A DNA stretch of 64,000 nucleotides, from positions 2,784,001 to 2,848,000 of the forward strand of contig CAVTCS010000003.1 of assembly GCA_963733295.1 (NCBI GenBank), written 5' to 3'. How positions within the stretch are numbered: position 1 is the stretch's first letter; each line of letters starts with the position of its first letter. Shown here piece after piece: positions 10,571 to 20,365 of this stretch. The notes beneath the pieces are model-generated. The model was not told the origin of the DNA and did not search any database. It saw nothing but the letters and a program-made list of their open reading frames with translations. A program made the translations under genes and the position numbers. Source of the DNA: Vulcanimicrobiota bacterium. GTDB taxonomy: Bacteria > Vulcanimicrobiota > Vulcanimicrobiia > Vulcanimicrobiales > Vulcanimicrobiaceae.

Positions 10571-10714
10571 TCCTTGGCTTTCGTGCCGCCGCTCGGGCCG
10601 AACCTGTTTCGCGAAACCGCCGGGCGGGTAACCGATGTTGTACAGATACACGCCGTAATAGCCGAGGCTCTTTCTTCGTCTGACGGACGATGCGGCGCTT
10701 TTTCGGAGGACACC

Positions 10715-12403
10715 ATGGCGCCGGGCGCTGATGCCAAGCGGGAACAAGAAACCGCTTCCCTTCCATCTCTCGAAGAACGGCTCGAGCGTGCCTTACACGA
10801 GCGCTTCGGTTTCGAGCGCTTCATGGCGGGTCAAGAAGAAGTCGTAACGCGCGTGATGGAGGGTCAAGATACCCTCGCGATTCTCGCCACCGGCGCCGGG
10901 AAAAGCCTTTGTTATCAGCTGCCGGCTCTTTTGCTCGACGGAACGACCGTCGTCGTCAGTCCCCTCATCGCGCTGATGAAAGACCAGCTCGACATGCTGG
11001 CCGAACGGGGCGTGGGCAACATCGTCGCCCTCAACTCGACCTTGAGCGAGGATCAGGAAGCGGCGGCGAAGCTGCGCATCGCGAAGGGCGAGATCAAGAT
11101 CGTGTTCGTCACGCCGGAAAAGCTTGAGGACGAACGCTTCGTCAGCTTGCTCCAAGGTTTGCACGTTCCGCTGTTCGTCGTCGACGAAGCGCATTGCATC
11201 AGCCAGTGGGGACACGACTTCCGGCCGGCCTATTTGGCCCTCGGGCAGGTGATCGAGGCGCTCGGGCACCCGACGGTTCTGGCGCTCACCGCAACCGCCA
11301 CGCCGGCCGTGCGCGAAGATATCTTGGCTCAGCTCGGGATTCCCGACACGAAGCCGATCGTGAAGGGCTTCGACCGCCCGAACCTGCGCTACGAGGCGCT
11401 TCGCGCCGAGAACGAAGCGGCGAAACTGAAGGCGCTCAAGCAGTTGTTTCTCTCCGGTCTCGACGGCACGGGGATCATCTACACCGCGACGATCAAGAAC
11501 GCGCTGGAGGTGCAGCGCTTCCTGCACGATCAGCTCAATCTGCCGGCGGCCGTGTATCATTCCAAACTTCAAAAACACGACCGCGTCTCGGTTCACGAAT
11601 TGTTCATGAACGAGTCGATCCGCGCCGTGGTCGCGACGAACGCCTTTGGTCTCGGGATCGACAAACCGAACATCCGCTTCGTGGTGCACTACGACTTGCC
11701 GGGTTCGATCGAGGCGTACACGCAGGAGGCCGGCCGGGCGGGACGCGACGCGAAGCCTTCGCGCTGCATCTTGCTCTACCGCATGAGCGACACGCGGGTG
11801 CAGAACTACTTCTTGACCGGAAAGTATCCCGGCGTCGAAGACGTCCAGAAAGTTTTCGGCACGCTGGAGTACTTCGACTCGCAAAAGGACGGCGTCTCGC
11901 TCGCCGACTTGCGCAAGATCTCGCAGTTGCCGCTCACCAAACTCAAAGTCGTCTTAGCGCTTCTGAAGAAAGCCGGATTCATCGTGACGCGGGCTCGCTC
12001 GCGCTACGGTCTTTCGGAAGAGGCGCTCGCAAACCGCGAGCTCGTCTTGAACCTGACGAACTACGAAACGAAGAAGGCCTACGATCAGAGCAAGCTCGCG
12101 ATGATGCTGCAGTACGCCGAGACGAGCGGCTGCCGGCGCAAGTTCATCTTGAACTATTTCGGCGAAGATTTCGATTCGGGCGACTGCGGCGCGTGCGACA
12201 ACTGCCTGCGCGCCAAGTTGAGCGCAAAGCGGAGCAGCGCGGTGGCTTCGGGCTTCCGCATCGCCGACGTCGTTTCGCACCCCAAGTTCGGGCAAGGCAC
12301 GGTCGAGCGAGCGGAGAAAGACCTCGTGACGGTCCTGTTTCCGAGCGTCGGATATAAGACGCTGCTCGCTTCCGCGGTCAATCGCGAAGCAAAAATCGCA
12401 TAG
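10715..12403 (+). CDS. recQ: RecQ-family ATP-dependent DNA helicase with C-terminal Tudor-like domain
   Basis: GGAGG SD and ATG 10715; TGAGKSLCYQ, DEAHCISQWGHDFRP, QEAGRAGRD, Zn site CRR...CGACDNC. Confidence 0.9.
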   Translation: MAPGADAKREQETASLPSLEERLERALHERFGFERFMAGQEEVVTRVMEGQDTLAILATGAGKSLCYQLPALLLDGTTVVVSPLIALMKDQLDMLAERGVGNIVALNSTLSEDQEAAAKLRIAKGEIKIVFVTPEKLEDERFVSLLQGLHVPLFVVDEAHCISQWGHDFRPAYLALGQVIEALGHPTVLALTATATPAVREDILAQLGIPDTKPIVKGFDRPNLRYEALRAENEAAKLKALKQLFLSGLDGTGIIYTATIKNALEVQRFLHDQLNLPAAVYHSKLQKHDRVSVHELFMNESIRAVVATNAFGLGIDKPNIRFVVHYDLPGSIEAYTQEAGRAGRDAKPSRCILLYRMSDTRVQNYFLTGKYPGVEDVQKVFGTLEYFDSQKDGVSLADLRKISQLPLTKLKVVLALLKKAGFIVTRARSRYGLSEEALANRELVLNLTNYETKKAYDQSKLAMMLQYAETSGCRRKFILNYFGEDFDSGDCGACDNCLRAKLSAKRSSAVASGFRIADVVSHPKFGQGTVERAEKDLVTVLFPSVGYKTLLASAVNREAKIA

Positions 12404-12427
12404 CGCAGGCCTATCTCCGGGAGGACG

Positions 12428-14155
12428 ATGAAGAACCGCGGAACCCCGCGGTCCAAGGATTACCAGAGCGCGCGCGCCGCCGTTTTGACGGCGACGCTGT
12501 TTCTCGTCGCCGTCTCCGCCGGCATGGGGCTGGAGCGCGCGGCAGCGCAGTCGCCGGCTCCCGCGCCCGTTGCAACCCCGGCCACGCCTCCGGCGGAATC
12601 GCCGGCGAGTACGGCTTCTCCAGGCGAAGCGGCTCCCGGCGAATCGCCCTCGCCTGCCGCGAGCGCGCAGCCGGCGCCCGAGGGTGCACCGACGCAACCG
12701 CCCATCATCGTCGAACCGCCGAGCGCGGGCGTCGTGCCGGGCGGATCGCAGCAATTGCGCATCATGCGTTCGCTCGGCACGCTCACGCTGACGGTCGCCG
12801 ATCCGAACGTCGCGACCGCGACGGTCGATCAAGACGCGCGCACGCTGACGGTCTTCGGCCGCGCGCTCGGAAACACGACCGTCACGCTGACCGATTCGCG
12901 CGGCCTGACCCGCGACGTCCCGGTGCGCGTCGCGCTGCCGGCCGGCAGCGTGGCGCCGAGCGCAACGGTCCGCATCACCGGCAACCCCGCCACCTCGCTC
13001 TTCGTCAAAGAGCAGGCGCTTGCGGCAGCCCTCCGCGCGGCGACGGTCCGTCCGGGTGTCAAAATCGTTGCGCCGGTCGAGACGATCGATTTGGATTCGC
13101 CGCTCAACATCGACGATGTGGTGACCGTTTCGGTGCCGATCATCTTGCAAGGCGAGGCGTACTTTACGGTTCAAGGAACGACCCGCGTGCGCGTCGTCAA
13201 CGACGCGCAGCCGCCGATCCGCCCGGGAGCGCTGCTCGTCAGCGACTTCCCCGAGACCCTCAAGGAAAACGGCACGCTGTTTTCGGCGGGACTCACCGAC
13301 CGCGCGGCGCTCCGCTTTCTGTACTACCACTACAACCCACCCGGACAGCCGGACCGGCGCATCGTCTTGAAGGTCGCGAATTCGGGGACGCAGCCGGCGC
13401 GCGTGCAGGTGATCGACGGTAGCGGCGGTCCCGGTCCGAACGAGATGGAGAGCGGACATAACTCGACCGAGAGTTTTCTCGTGCACCTCGCCCAAAATGA
13501 GGGAACGGTCCTGACGATCGGCGGTCAGACGACGGTGACGCTCTACCAGCAGCTGCTGCCCGCTAAGAACGTCGTCAGCGGCATCTTGCAAATCCACGAG
13601 ATCGAAGGCCCCCCGCTCCGGCTCGCTTTGCTGGCGCAGAACGCGGACGATCCGATCGATGCGCCGCTCCAATCCGAGACGCTGCTCGAAGGCGATCACC
13701 CGCACGCCCGCGGCGTTTATCCCATCCCCGAGTTTTTCTTCGACTACTCGTACGACTGCAACGGCCCCGACCTCGAAATGCCGATCGGACAGATTCCCTT
13801 ACCGAATTTGGTCCAAGGTCAGACGCTCGCCGGCGACTACGGCGTCCTCCAGCAGATCACCGTGCGCATGGTCAACAACGATCCGCACAACGCACGCGAG
13901 GTCGCGCTCTATGCGAACCCGCGCGGCGGCAGTGCGACCGGCACGTTCATCATCGATCGCGTGCTCGTCCAGGCGCATCAGATGGCCGCCTTCGGCCACT
14001 ACAAGCTGCGCGATTACACGATTCCGCCGGGAAGTTTCGTGCGCACCGAGATTACCACGATGCCGGAAGGCGGCTCGTCCTATCCGCTCCGGCTGATCAT
14101 CGCGCCGGACGACGGGAGTGCGCCGCCCGGCGCGGGCGACTCGCCGGTCTACTGA
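12428..14155 (+). CDS. secreted hypothetical protein (signal peptide, Pro/Ala linker, Ig-like/pilus-assembly-like N domain)
   Basis: GGGAGG SD; signal peptide; beta-rich VADPNVATATV...GNTTVTL segment; natural amino-acid composition. Confidence 0.65.
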   Translation: MKNRGTPRSKDYQSARAAVLTATLFLVAVSAGMGLERAAAQSPAPAPVATPATPPAESPASTASPGEAAPGESPSPAASAQPAPEGAPTQPPIIVEPPSAGVVPGGSQQLRIMRSLGTLTLTVADPNVATATVDQDARTLTVFGRALGNTTVTLTDSRGLTRDVPVRVALPAGSVAPSATVRITGNPATSLFVKEQALAAALRAATVRPGVKIVAPVETIDLDSPLNIDDVVTVSVPIILQGEAYFTVQGTTRVRVVNDAQPPIRPGALLVSDFPETLKENGTLFSAGLTDRAALRFLYYHYNPPGQPDRRIVLKVANSGTQPARVQVIDGSGGPGPNEMESGHNSTESFLVHLAQNEGTVLTIGGQTTVTLYQQLLPAKNVVSGILQIHEIEGPPLRLALLAQNADDPIDAPLQSETLLEGDHPHARGVYPIPEFFFDYSYDCNGPDLEMPIGQIPLPNLVQGQTLAGDYGVLQQITVRMVNNDPHNAREVALYANPRGGSATGTFIIDRVLVQAHQMAAFGHYKLRDYTIPPGSFVRTEITTMPEGGSSYPLRLIIAPDDGSAPPGAGDSPVY

Positions 14156-15180
14156 TCGCGCAGCGCGGCGGCGTAGACGGCCAACATCGATTCCGCGGCA
14201 CGGTCCCACCCGAAACGCGCCCGCGCGTCTTCACGAACGGCGGCGGCGTGCGATTCCGCGGCAACCCGGTCGGCTAAAATCGTCCCAAGCGCCGCGCTCC
14301 AGCCCGCGACGTCATCCGGCGCGCAGAGCGGCGCCGCGCCGGCGACGACCTCCGGCAACGACGAGGACGACGCCGAGACCAGCGGTACTCCGGCGCAGAG
14401 CGCTTGCGCCGCGCCGTACCCGAAGCCTTCGTAGCGCGAGGGCACCACGGCTAGCGCGGCGCGCGCGTAAAGATCGAGCAGTGCCGCGCGCGAGACGTAG
14501 CCGGCGAAGTCGACGCGCTCGGCAACCCCGCATTCGCGCGCGATCGCCGCGCAGGCGTCGCGATACGGGGTAGCCGGCCCGACGGCGATGAGCCGAAGTT
14601 GCGGCAGATTCGCAAGTGCGCGAACGACGACTTCGAGATTCTTGCGCCGTTCGATCGTGCCGACGGCGAGCGCGAACGGCATCGGATCGGGGCGGCGCGC
14701 GAGCTCGCCGAAGTCGGCCGCGACGCCCGGATGCACGACCGACACGCGCGCCGCTTCGACTCGCGTCAACTCGAGCAGTTCGTCGCGCGAGAAGGCCGAA
14801 TCGACGACGATGCGCCGGGCGCGCCGGTAGCGCTCGCGCTGGAACGTTCCGAAGTACCAGCGCGCGTACGGCCGTGCGTGCTCTTGCACGCGCAACCACG
14901 CCACGTCGTGAATCGTCGCGACGAGCGGCAAACGGGTGCGCAGGGGCAGCGTTCCGGCCGCACAGTGCAACACGTCGGCGCCCGCGCGCCGAGCCGCATC
15001 CGGCAGCAGCACCTGATCCCAGAGGACGCGCCGGTCGAAGCGCCACGGATTCAAGTCGGGCGCACGGAGCGCGGCGACGTCGGCTCCGCGCACGCGCAAC
15101 GCAGCTAGCAGTCCCGAGACGTATTCACCGATGCCGGTTGCAGTGCCGACCGCAAGTTGTGCGTCGAGCCCGATCCTCAC
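14149..15180 (-). CDS. glycosyltransferase family 4 (GT-B)
   Basis: RIGLDAQ...TGIGEY, TIHDVAW, GTIERRKN, PSRYEGFG. GTG start overlaps the upstream stop. Confidence 0.88.
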   Translation of the reverse strand: MRIGLDAQLAVGTATGIGEYVSGLLAALRVRGADVAALRAPDLNPWRFDRRVLWDQVLLPDAARRAGADVLHCAAGTLPLRTRLPLVATIHDVAWLRVQEHARPYARWYFGTFQRERYRRARRIVVDSAFSRDELLELTRVEAARVSVVHPGVAADFGELARRPDPMPFALAVGTIERRKNLEVVVRALANLPQLRLIAVGPATPYRDACAAIARECGVAERVDFAGYVSRAALLDLYARAALAVVPSRYEGFGYGAAQALCAGVPLVSASSSSLPEVVAGAAPLCAPDDVAGWSAALGTILADRVAAESHAAAVREDARARFGWDRAAESMLAVYAAALRDQ

Positions 15181-16040
15181 CGCTCGAGTTCTTGCGCTAG
15201 CCGGCGCACCGAGGCCATGTCCGGCCCTAAGCGCTCGGCACGCTCGAGTTCGGCGCGCGCGCGAACGCGGTCGCCGCGCCGCAGCGCGGTTTCGCCGAGA
15301 CCGGCGTACGCTTCGGCCGCGCTTGGGTCGGCGTCGCGCGCGCGCGTGAAGTAGCCGGCGGCGGCGTCGAGATCGCCCAGGTTGAGCGCTTGCGTTCCGG
15401 CCGAGAGCAGGTACCGCTCCGAAAGCGGCGCGAGCGCAACCGCTCGCGCGTAGGCGTCGGCCGAGCGCTCCGCGGCGGCGCGTCCTGCGGGCGTAGCGCT
15501 GCCGAGCCCGTACGCTCGCATCTGTTCGAGCCGCCCGATCGACAGCCACGTGTCGGCCAGCGCGTCGACTTGTTCGGGATCGTCCTGCAAGCGTTCCAGC
15601 AGTTGCCGTTCGAGTGCCAGAGCTTCGTCGATGCGTCCCGCGCCCGCCAACGCTTGCACGCGGCGTTGTACGCCCTCGCGGTCACCCGCCGCGAGATAGT
15701 CGCGCGAGGCGGTCGCGCCGTCGCCTTCGAGTTCGGCCAGCCGGCCTTCGAGCGCGGCGCGCTCCGGCGAGGCCGCAAGCAGCGCGATGCGCTGCGCGGC
15801 GAGCGCGAACTCGCCGTCGTCGACCGCACGGCGCGCGAGCTGATAGCGCAGCGCGCGCGAAGCGAACCACGGATTCCCGTCGTCGATGCCGCGCGCGACC
15901 CGGGCGGGCACCAGCGCCGGCCACGCGCCGGCCGCAGCTCGGTCGCGCAGCACGACGCCGGCCAAGAACTGCTGATAGCCGAGCACGCCGGCCAGCAGCG
16001 CACAAAAGACGAATGGCGCGGCGCCCAAGCGCCACGCCAT
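15177..16040 (-). CDS. membrane-anchored TPR-repeat protein
   Basis: N-terminal hydrophobic helix; TPR-like helices (AAAGYFTRARDADPSAAEAYAGLG). Confidence 0.65.
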   Translation of the reverse strand: MAWRLGAAPFVFCALLAGVLGYQQFLAGVVLRDRAAAGAWPALVPARVARGIDDGNPWFASRALRYQLARRAVDDGEFALAAQRIALLAASPERAALEGRLAELEGDGATASRDYLAAGDREGVQRRVQALAGAGRIDEALALERQLLERLQDDPEQVDALADTWLSIGRLEQMRAYGLGSATPAGRAAAERSADAYARAVALAPLSERYLLSAGTQALNLGDLDAAAGYFTRARDADPSAAEAYAGLGETALRRGDRVRARAELERAERLGPDMASVRRLAQELER

Positions 16041-16065
16041 CCGGTTTTCTACGCGGACCGCCTTC

Positions 16066-18765
16066 TTAGAAGCGAACCGTGAAGTTGAGGTCCTGACGGT
16101 TCTGAGCGAAGTTGTACGTCGAGACGTAATTGTCGTTGTAGCTCTGGTGACGGGCCACGAGCGAGATCGCAGAATTCGTCTTCGGGATGTTGTACTGCAG
16201 AGTACCCGAGTAGAAATCCTTGCGCTCGTTGATGTCCTGCGAGAGCGTCGTGCCGTACTCGCCGTAGTAGTGCTGCGTCGAGTAGTAGCCGATGAGAATC
16301 AGGTCGCGTGCGACCGGGATCGTGGCGCGAGCGTTGATGAAGTAGTGGGTCATGTTGACGTAGTTCGGATAGAACACCGTCGGACTCGCCCCACCGAAGG
16401 CCGCCTGCGCCGTGACGACCGACTGCGCGTCGAACGTCTGCGTCGTCGGATTGATCGGGAAGTACTGGAAGGCCGTCATGTCGGGTCGCTTGAGCGTATC
16501 GACGCCGCCCGAGATATTGAGCCCGACGCTCTGACCGTAGACCGGTACCGAAAATCCGATGCCGGCGGTGAAGACTTGGTACTTCATCACCTGGTTCGAT
16601 TGGTAGGCCGGCCCGTAGATCATCGATCCCTCGGAGTTCGGCCGCAGTTCCTGAAGGGCCTGATACTGCGCGTTCGTCGTGAAGTTCAGGTCGCCGAGGC
16701 GCACCGGAGTGTTCAAGCCGAACGTGAAGCCCTGCGTGTTGGGCGTGAAGGCCTGGAAGTACTGCGTGCCCGTTCCGACCAGCGGATTGAACAACGGATA
16801 CATGAACGTAAGGTTGGGGTTGACGCCGGTCTTCGGCGACGCGACCGGAGTCGTGCCGAAGGACGAGTCGAACTGGTTGTTGATCGTCTGGCTGTTGCCG
16901 AAGCCGTAGAAGCCCGGCAAGTAGTCGGCCTTCCAGAAGCTGAACAGCTGCGGTGCGTTTCCGAAGTACTGCGTCGGCGCGCCGTCGATGAAGTTCGGCC
17001 CGACGTTTTGGTACTGGAGGCTCAGCTGGATCTTTTGGATCTTCAGCTTCAAGCCGGCGATGCCGGCCGAGTCGCCGACCGCCGCCACGTTGTGATAGTC
17101 CGGGGTGAACTTGCTACCGGCGGCTTCACCGAAGATCACTGGCCCCGAGCCCGGCCCGCTGACCAGGAACGGAAGGGCATACTGACCGTCGACGCCGAGC
17201 ACCGTGTCGCTGACCAACCCGTAACCCGTGACCGCCGCCTGATTGACGAAGGTCAAATCGTTCGTCACCTGGGTGTCGTCGAAGTCGTAGATGCGGTTGA
17301 AGCTGACGCCGATTTCGAGTCCGGGCACGACCTTGAACTTCTGGTTCAAGCGGCCGTTGATCATGTAGCGCTGGTAGTTCGTGTTTTGCGAAACCGCTAT
17401 CGCGCGATACGTGATCGAGATGACCGAACCGGCCGGCAGCGGCGCGCCGAACACGATCGAGTTGTAGGCCTGGTTGTACGTGATGGCTGGAAGCGCCGCA
17501 CCGGCGCCACCGGTCACCTGACCGGCGGAATTGTAGGTCGTACCGTTATAGAACGAAACGTAGGCCGAACCGATCACGGCCGCCGAGGTCAGGTACACTT
17601 GCGAGAGCGTGCCCGAGCCGGCGTTGAACGTATCGGTCTTGAGCGCTCCCGCCGCGCCCGCGGCGGTGTAACCCGCTTGCGGTGCGACGATCGGGAAAAG
17701 ATAGGCCACGGCACCGCTGTTCAGGACGTTTGGATCGGTCGCGCCGGTTTGCGTGTTCAGCATCGTCTGGTCGAGGCGCGTGAACGAACCCCAAATCGCC
17801 ATCGAACCGAAGGCGCCTTCGTTGAACGTCGTCGAGAACGAAGCGCCCACCTGGGTCGGCTGAACGGGCTCTTCATACGGGACGCCCGCCGCGTCGCCGT
17901 ACGGCGCGCGGAAGGTCAAGCCGGTCCGTGAAGACGGCATGTTGTCGATCTGACCGAACTTCATGTCGAGGTTAGTCAACGCGCCGACCGAGGCGAGATT
18001 GATCTCGACCGCCGGCTCGAGGTCGATCTTTTGCGAAGTCGTGTCCTGGCTGCCGTACTCGTAGTTCAGGATGTGCACGGGCAACGAAATCGTGAGCTTG
18101 TCCGTGATCTGGTAGGCGAGCGCGAAGCGCGAATCTTGCCGGATGTAGAACCCCGAACCGTTCTGGGTCAGCGGGTTGTTCGAATCGTCCGTCGAGATGA
18201 ACGCGTTGACGAACGGGTCGATCGTCGTGTTGTGCCCGTTGGCCGCGGTGGCACCGTAGTAGGTGGTGACGCTGGAACCGGTCTCGTTGAAGATCGACTC
18301 GGGGTTCTGGTAGCGTTCCCGCCACGAGACGTTCGGCAAGAGAACGCCGTGCATCGAGAGCGACTGCGCGAACTTGGTGCGCTTGTCGAGCGCGTCGAGC
18401 GCGTCCTCGAGGTTGGTCACGCGGACGCCCAGCGCATCAAGCTCGTCCTTGAGGGCGTCGATCAGCTTCTGAAGCTTGTCGAGATCCTCTTTGGAGGGCC
18501 CCTTGTATTGATTTTCTTGCAACTTCGCGACGACGCGCGCGACGATGACCGCCATCTCGTAACGAGTCAGCGGGCGGTCCCCTTTGAATTTTCCGTCAGG
18601 ATAGCCGTCGATGAGACCATCGGCAGCCAAGCTCTGGATGTACTGATAGGCCCAATGATTGGCCGGTACGTCCGAGAACGGCGTCGCCAAGGCGGCCTGA
18701 TTCGTTGCGCACAGCACGCCGAGCGCGAGGCTCGACGCTAGAAGCAGGCGTGCGAGACGCTTCAT
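16066..18765 (-). CDS. SLH-domain outer-membrane beta-barrel protein (OmpM/SlpA-like peptidoglycan tether)
   Basis: Signal peptide, SLH (FSDVPANHWAY...TRYEMA), coiled coil, amphipathic beta strands, C-terminal LNFTVRF; GGAGG SD. Confidence 0.85.
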   Translation of the reverse strand: MKRLARLLLASSLALGVLCATNQAALATPFSDVPANHWAYQYIQSLAADGLIDGYPDGKFKGDRPLTRYEMAVIVARVVAKLQENQYKGPSKEDLDKLQKLIDALKDELDALGVRVTNLEDALDALDKRTKFAQSLSMHGVLLPNVSWRERYQNPESIFNETGSSVTTYYGATAANGHNTTIDPFVNAFISTDDSNNPLTQNGSGFYIRQDSRFALAYQITDKLTISLPVHILNYEYGSQDTTSQKIDLEPAVEINLASVGALTNLDMKFGQIDNMPSSRTGLTFRAPYGDAAGVPYEEPVQPTQVGASFSTTFNEGAFGSMAIWGSFTRLDQTMLNTQTGATDPNVLNSGAVAYLFPIVAPQAGYTAAGAAGALKTDTFNAGSGTLSQVYLTSAAVIGSAYVSFYNGTTYNSAGQVTGGAGAALPAITYNQAYNSIVFGAPLPAGSVISITYRAIAVSQNTNYQRYMINGRLNQKFKVVPGLEIGVSFNRIYDFDDTQVTNDLTFVNQAAVTGYGLVSDTVLGVDGQYALPFLVSGPGSGPVIFGEAAGSKFTPDYHNVAAVGDSAGIAGLKLKIQKIQLSLQYQNVGPNFIDGAPTQYFGNAPQLFSFWKADYLPGFYGFGNSQTINNQFDSSFGTTPVASPKTGVNPNLTFMYPLFNPLVGTGTQYFQAFTPNTQGFTFGLNTPVRLGDLNFTTNAQYQALQELRPNSEGSMIYGPAYQSNQVMKYQVFTAGIGFSVPVYGQSVGLNISGGVDTLKRPDMTAFQYFPINPTTQTFDAQSVVTAQAAFGGASPTVFYPNYVNMTHYFINARATIPVARDLILIGYYSTQHYYGEYGTTLSQDINERKDFYSGTLQYNIPKTNSAISLVARHQSYNDNYVSTYNFAQNRQDLNFTVRF

Positions 18766-18947
18766 ATGTCCTCCAGAAGATCTGCGGTGCTAGCGTCCGC
18801 ATCGTCGGGCGTACTTCGCGCGGGGGTGGTGAGAGTTGCCGAGTTTGCCTTCACCGCCGTACCGAGCTCCTGTGGCATTTGGTCAGACACAGAAAGTACG
18901 CCCTCGTTTGGAGCGCATGCCGAGGTTCGTTTACGACCGTATCGCAG

Positions 18948-19421
18948 CTACTCCTGCCCCTCGCCAGCCCGAGCGGAGAGGCCGGGGGCGCCCTTTTGCG
19001 CCTCCGGCGGCTCGGCGTTTTCGCGCTGGATGAAGCGCTCGGCAATCAGAAGAGCGGCAAAGTCGTCGATGGGTCGGGGCGGCAGCAGCATGCCCCGCGG
19101 AACGAGGCGGCGCCAACCCCGCGGAGGGTTCGCCGCGAAGTAGCGCTGGCGCGCCAGCAAGGTGGTTTCGCGCTCGTCGACGGCCCGGACGGGCAAGCGT
19201 AGGCCGGCCAGCAGCGCGGCGACCGGCGCGGTGTTCGTTCCGGCTCCGAGCGCGACCGCGCGCAGGGCGAAGCGCTCGGCGAGCACCCGCACGCGCTCGA
19301 CCAGTTCCGGGGTCGGGACGATTCCGAGTTCGAGCGGCTCGGCGCCGGAGGCGAGCAACACCGCGTACCCGCACTTGCGCGTGCCCGGGTCGATTCCGAG
19401 GACGGCGCCGCTCGAACTCAT
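18948..19421 (-). CDS. YqgF/RuvX-like RNase H-fold nuclease
   Basis: VLGIDPGTRKCG, VDERETT, IDDFAA. Confidence 0.8.
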   Translation of the reverse strand: MSSSGAVLGIDPGTRKCGYAVLLASGAEPLELGIVPTPELVERVRVLAERFALRAVALGAGTNTAPVAALLAGLRLPVRAVDERETTLLARQRYFAANPPRGWRRLVPRGMLLPPRPIDDFAALLIAERFIQRENAEPPEAQKGAPGLSARAGEGQE

Positions 19422-20362
19422 TTGGGCGAGCGGCGCAGGTCGAAGACGACCGGGATGCCGCCGGAGTGAGGATAGACGTCGCTCGCGGCGGCCGCCACGA
19501 TGTAGAAACGGCCCTGGCCCGCCTTGATGCGCCGGATCGTTTCGTCGATTTGCGCCTGCGTGATCTGCGGGAACACCGCCTGCGCGAACGGCCAGGGCAT
19601 GCCTTGTCCGATGGCCGTGTCGCTAACTGCAGAAATCAACTGGGCGTACGCGAGCCGGGGCACGACACTCGTTCCGCCGTCGACCTGCACGCTCGCGATC
19701 GGCTGGCCCGCGTGGAAGATCAGCTGGTCGGCATATGCCTCGAACGTAAAGTGGATCGGGTCGTTTGCGAACAGGTTTTGGTCGGCGGCCGCCAGCAGCA
19801 AAACGGGACCGCGCAAGAGGAAGCCTTGCACCTTTTGATCGGCCAGCACCGCTTCGAGCTTGGCCGCCGTCGTCGGATCGCTGGCTTTGCTCTTGTAAGC
19901 CTTGAGCGGCGGAACGTAGAGCCGGTTCAGCGAGGCGACGACCGTGTCGAAGAACGAGCTCAGCGCACGCATCCGGTCGGCTTGCGACATCGAGGGCCGT
20001 ACGACGAGATACCGGTTGTCGAGGAGCGCGCCGCGGTTGATGACGACGTTCGTTTCGTGGACGCGTTTGTCGAGCGCGTCGGCTTGCGCTTGCAGCTCGT
20101 TGACCCGATTGTTGATCTCGTCCAGGTGGAAAAACGCGGCGCGCGCGTACTGCGAGGTCAACAGCACCGTCACGGTGGCCGCCAGTGCGATCGCCATGCC
20201 CGTCCCCACCGCGACGATCGTGGACGTGTACTTCGGGCGCAGACCGAAGAGCGTCATGCGCTTGCGCCCGACCTGATGACCGACGCGATCGCCGATGTAC
20301 GCGATCACGCCCGCCAGTACCGCGATGCCGAAGATGAGCCCGAGGCCGCCGAGAGTCCCCAT
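19418..20362 (-). CDS. DUF3084-like membrane protein
   Basis: IAYIGDRVGHQVGRKRMTLFGLRPKYTS, two TM helices plus coiled coil. Confidence 0.8.
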   Translation of the reverse strand: MGTLGGLGLIFGIAVLAGVIAYIGDRVGHQVGRKRMTLFGLRPKYTSTIVAVGTGMAIALAATVTVLLTSQYARAAFFHLDEINNRVNELQAQADALDKRVHETNVVINRGALLDNRYLVVRPSMSQADRMRALSSFFDTVVASLNRLYVPPLKAYKSKASDPTTAAKLEAVLADQKVQGFLLRGPVLLLAAADQNLFANDPIHFTFEAYADQLIFHAGQPIASVQVDGGTSVVPRLAYAQLISAVSDTAIGQGMPWPFAQAVFPQITQAQIDETIRRIKAGQGRFYIVAAAASDVYPHSGGIPVVFDLRRSPK

Positions 20363-20365
20363 CGG

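Noticed and set aside
10605..10618. TGTTTCGCGAAACC as a second parS
   Set aside because: The centre is 2 bp shorter than the 16-bp parS palindrome.
10571..10714. SRP RNA (ffs), often found upstream of dnaX
   Set aside because: Only a weak GTCAG...GAAG..AGC echo; the helix-8 motif and long closing stem are absent.
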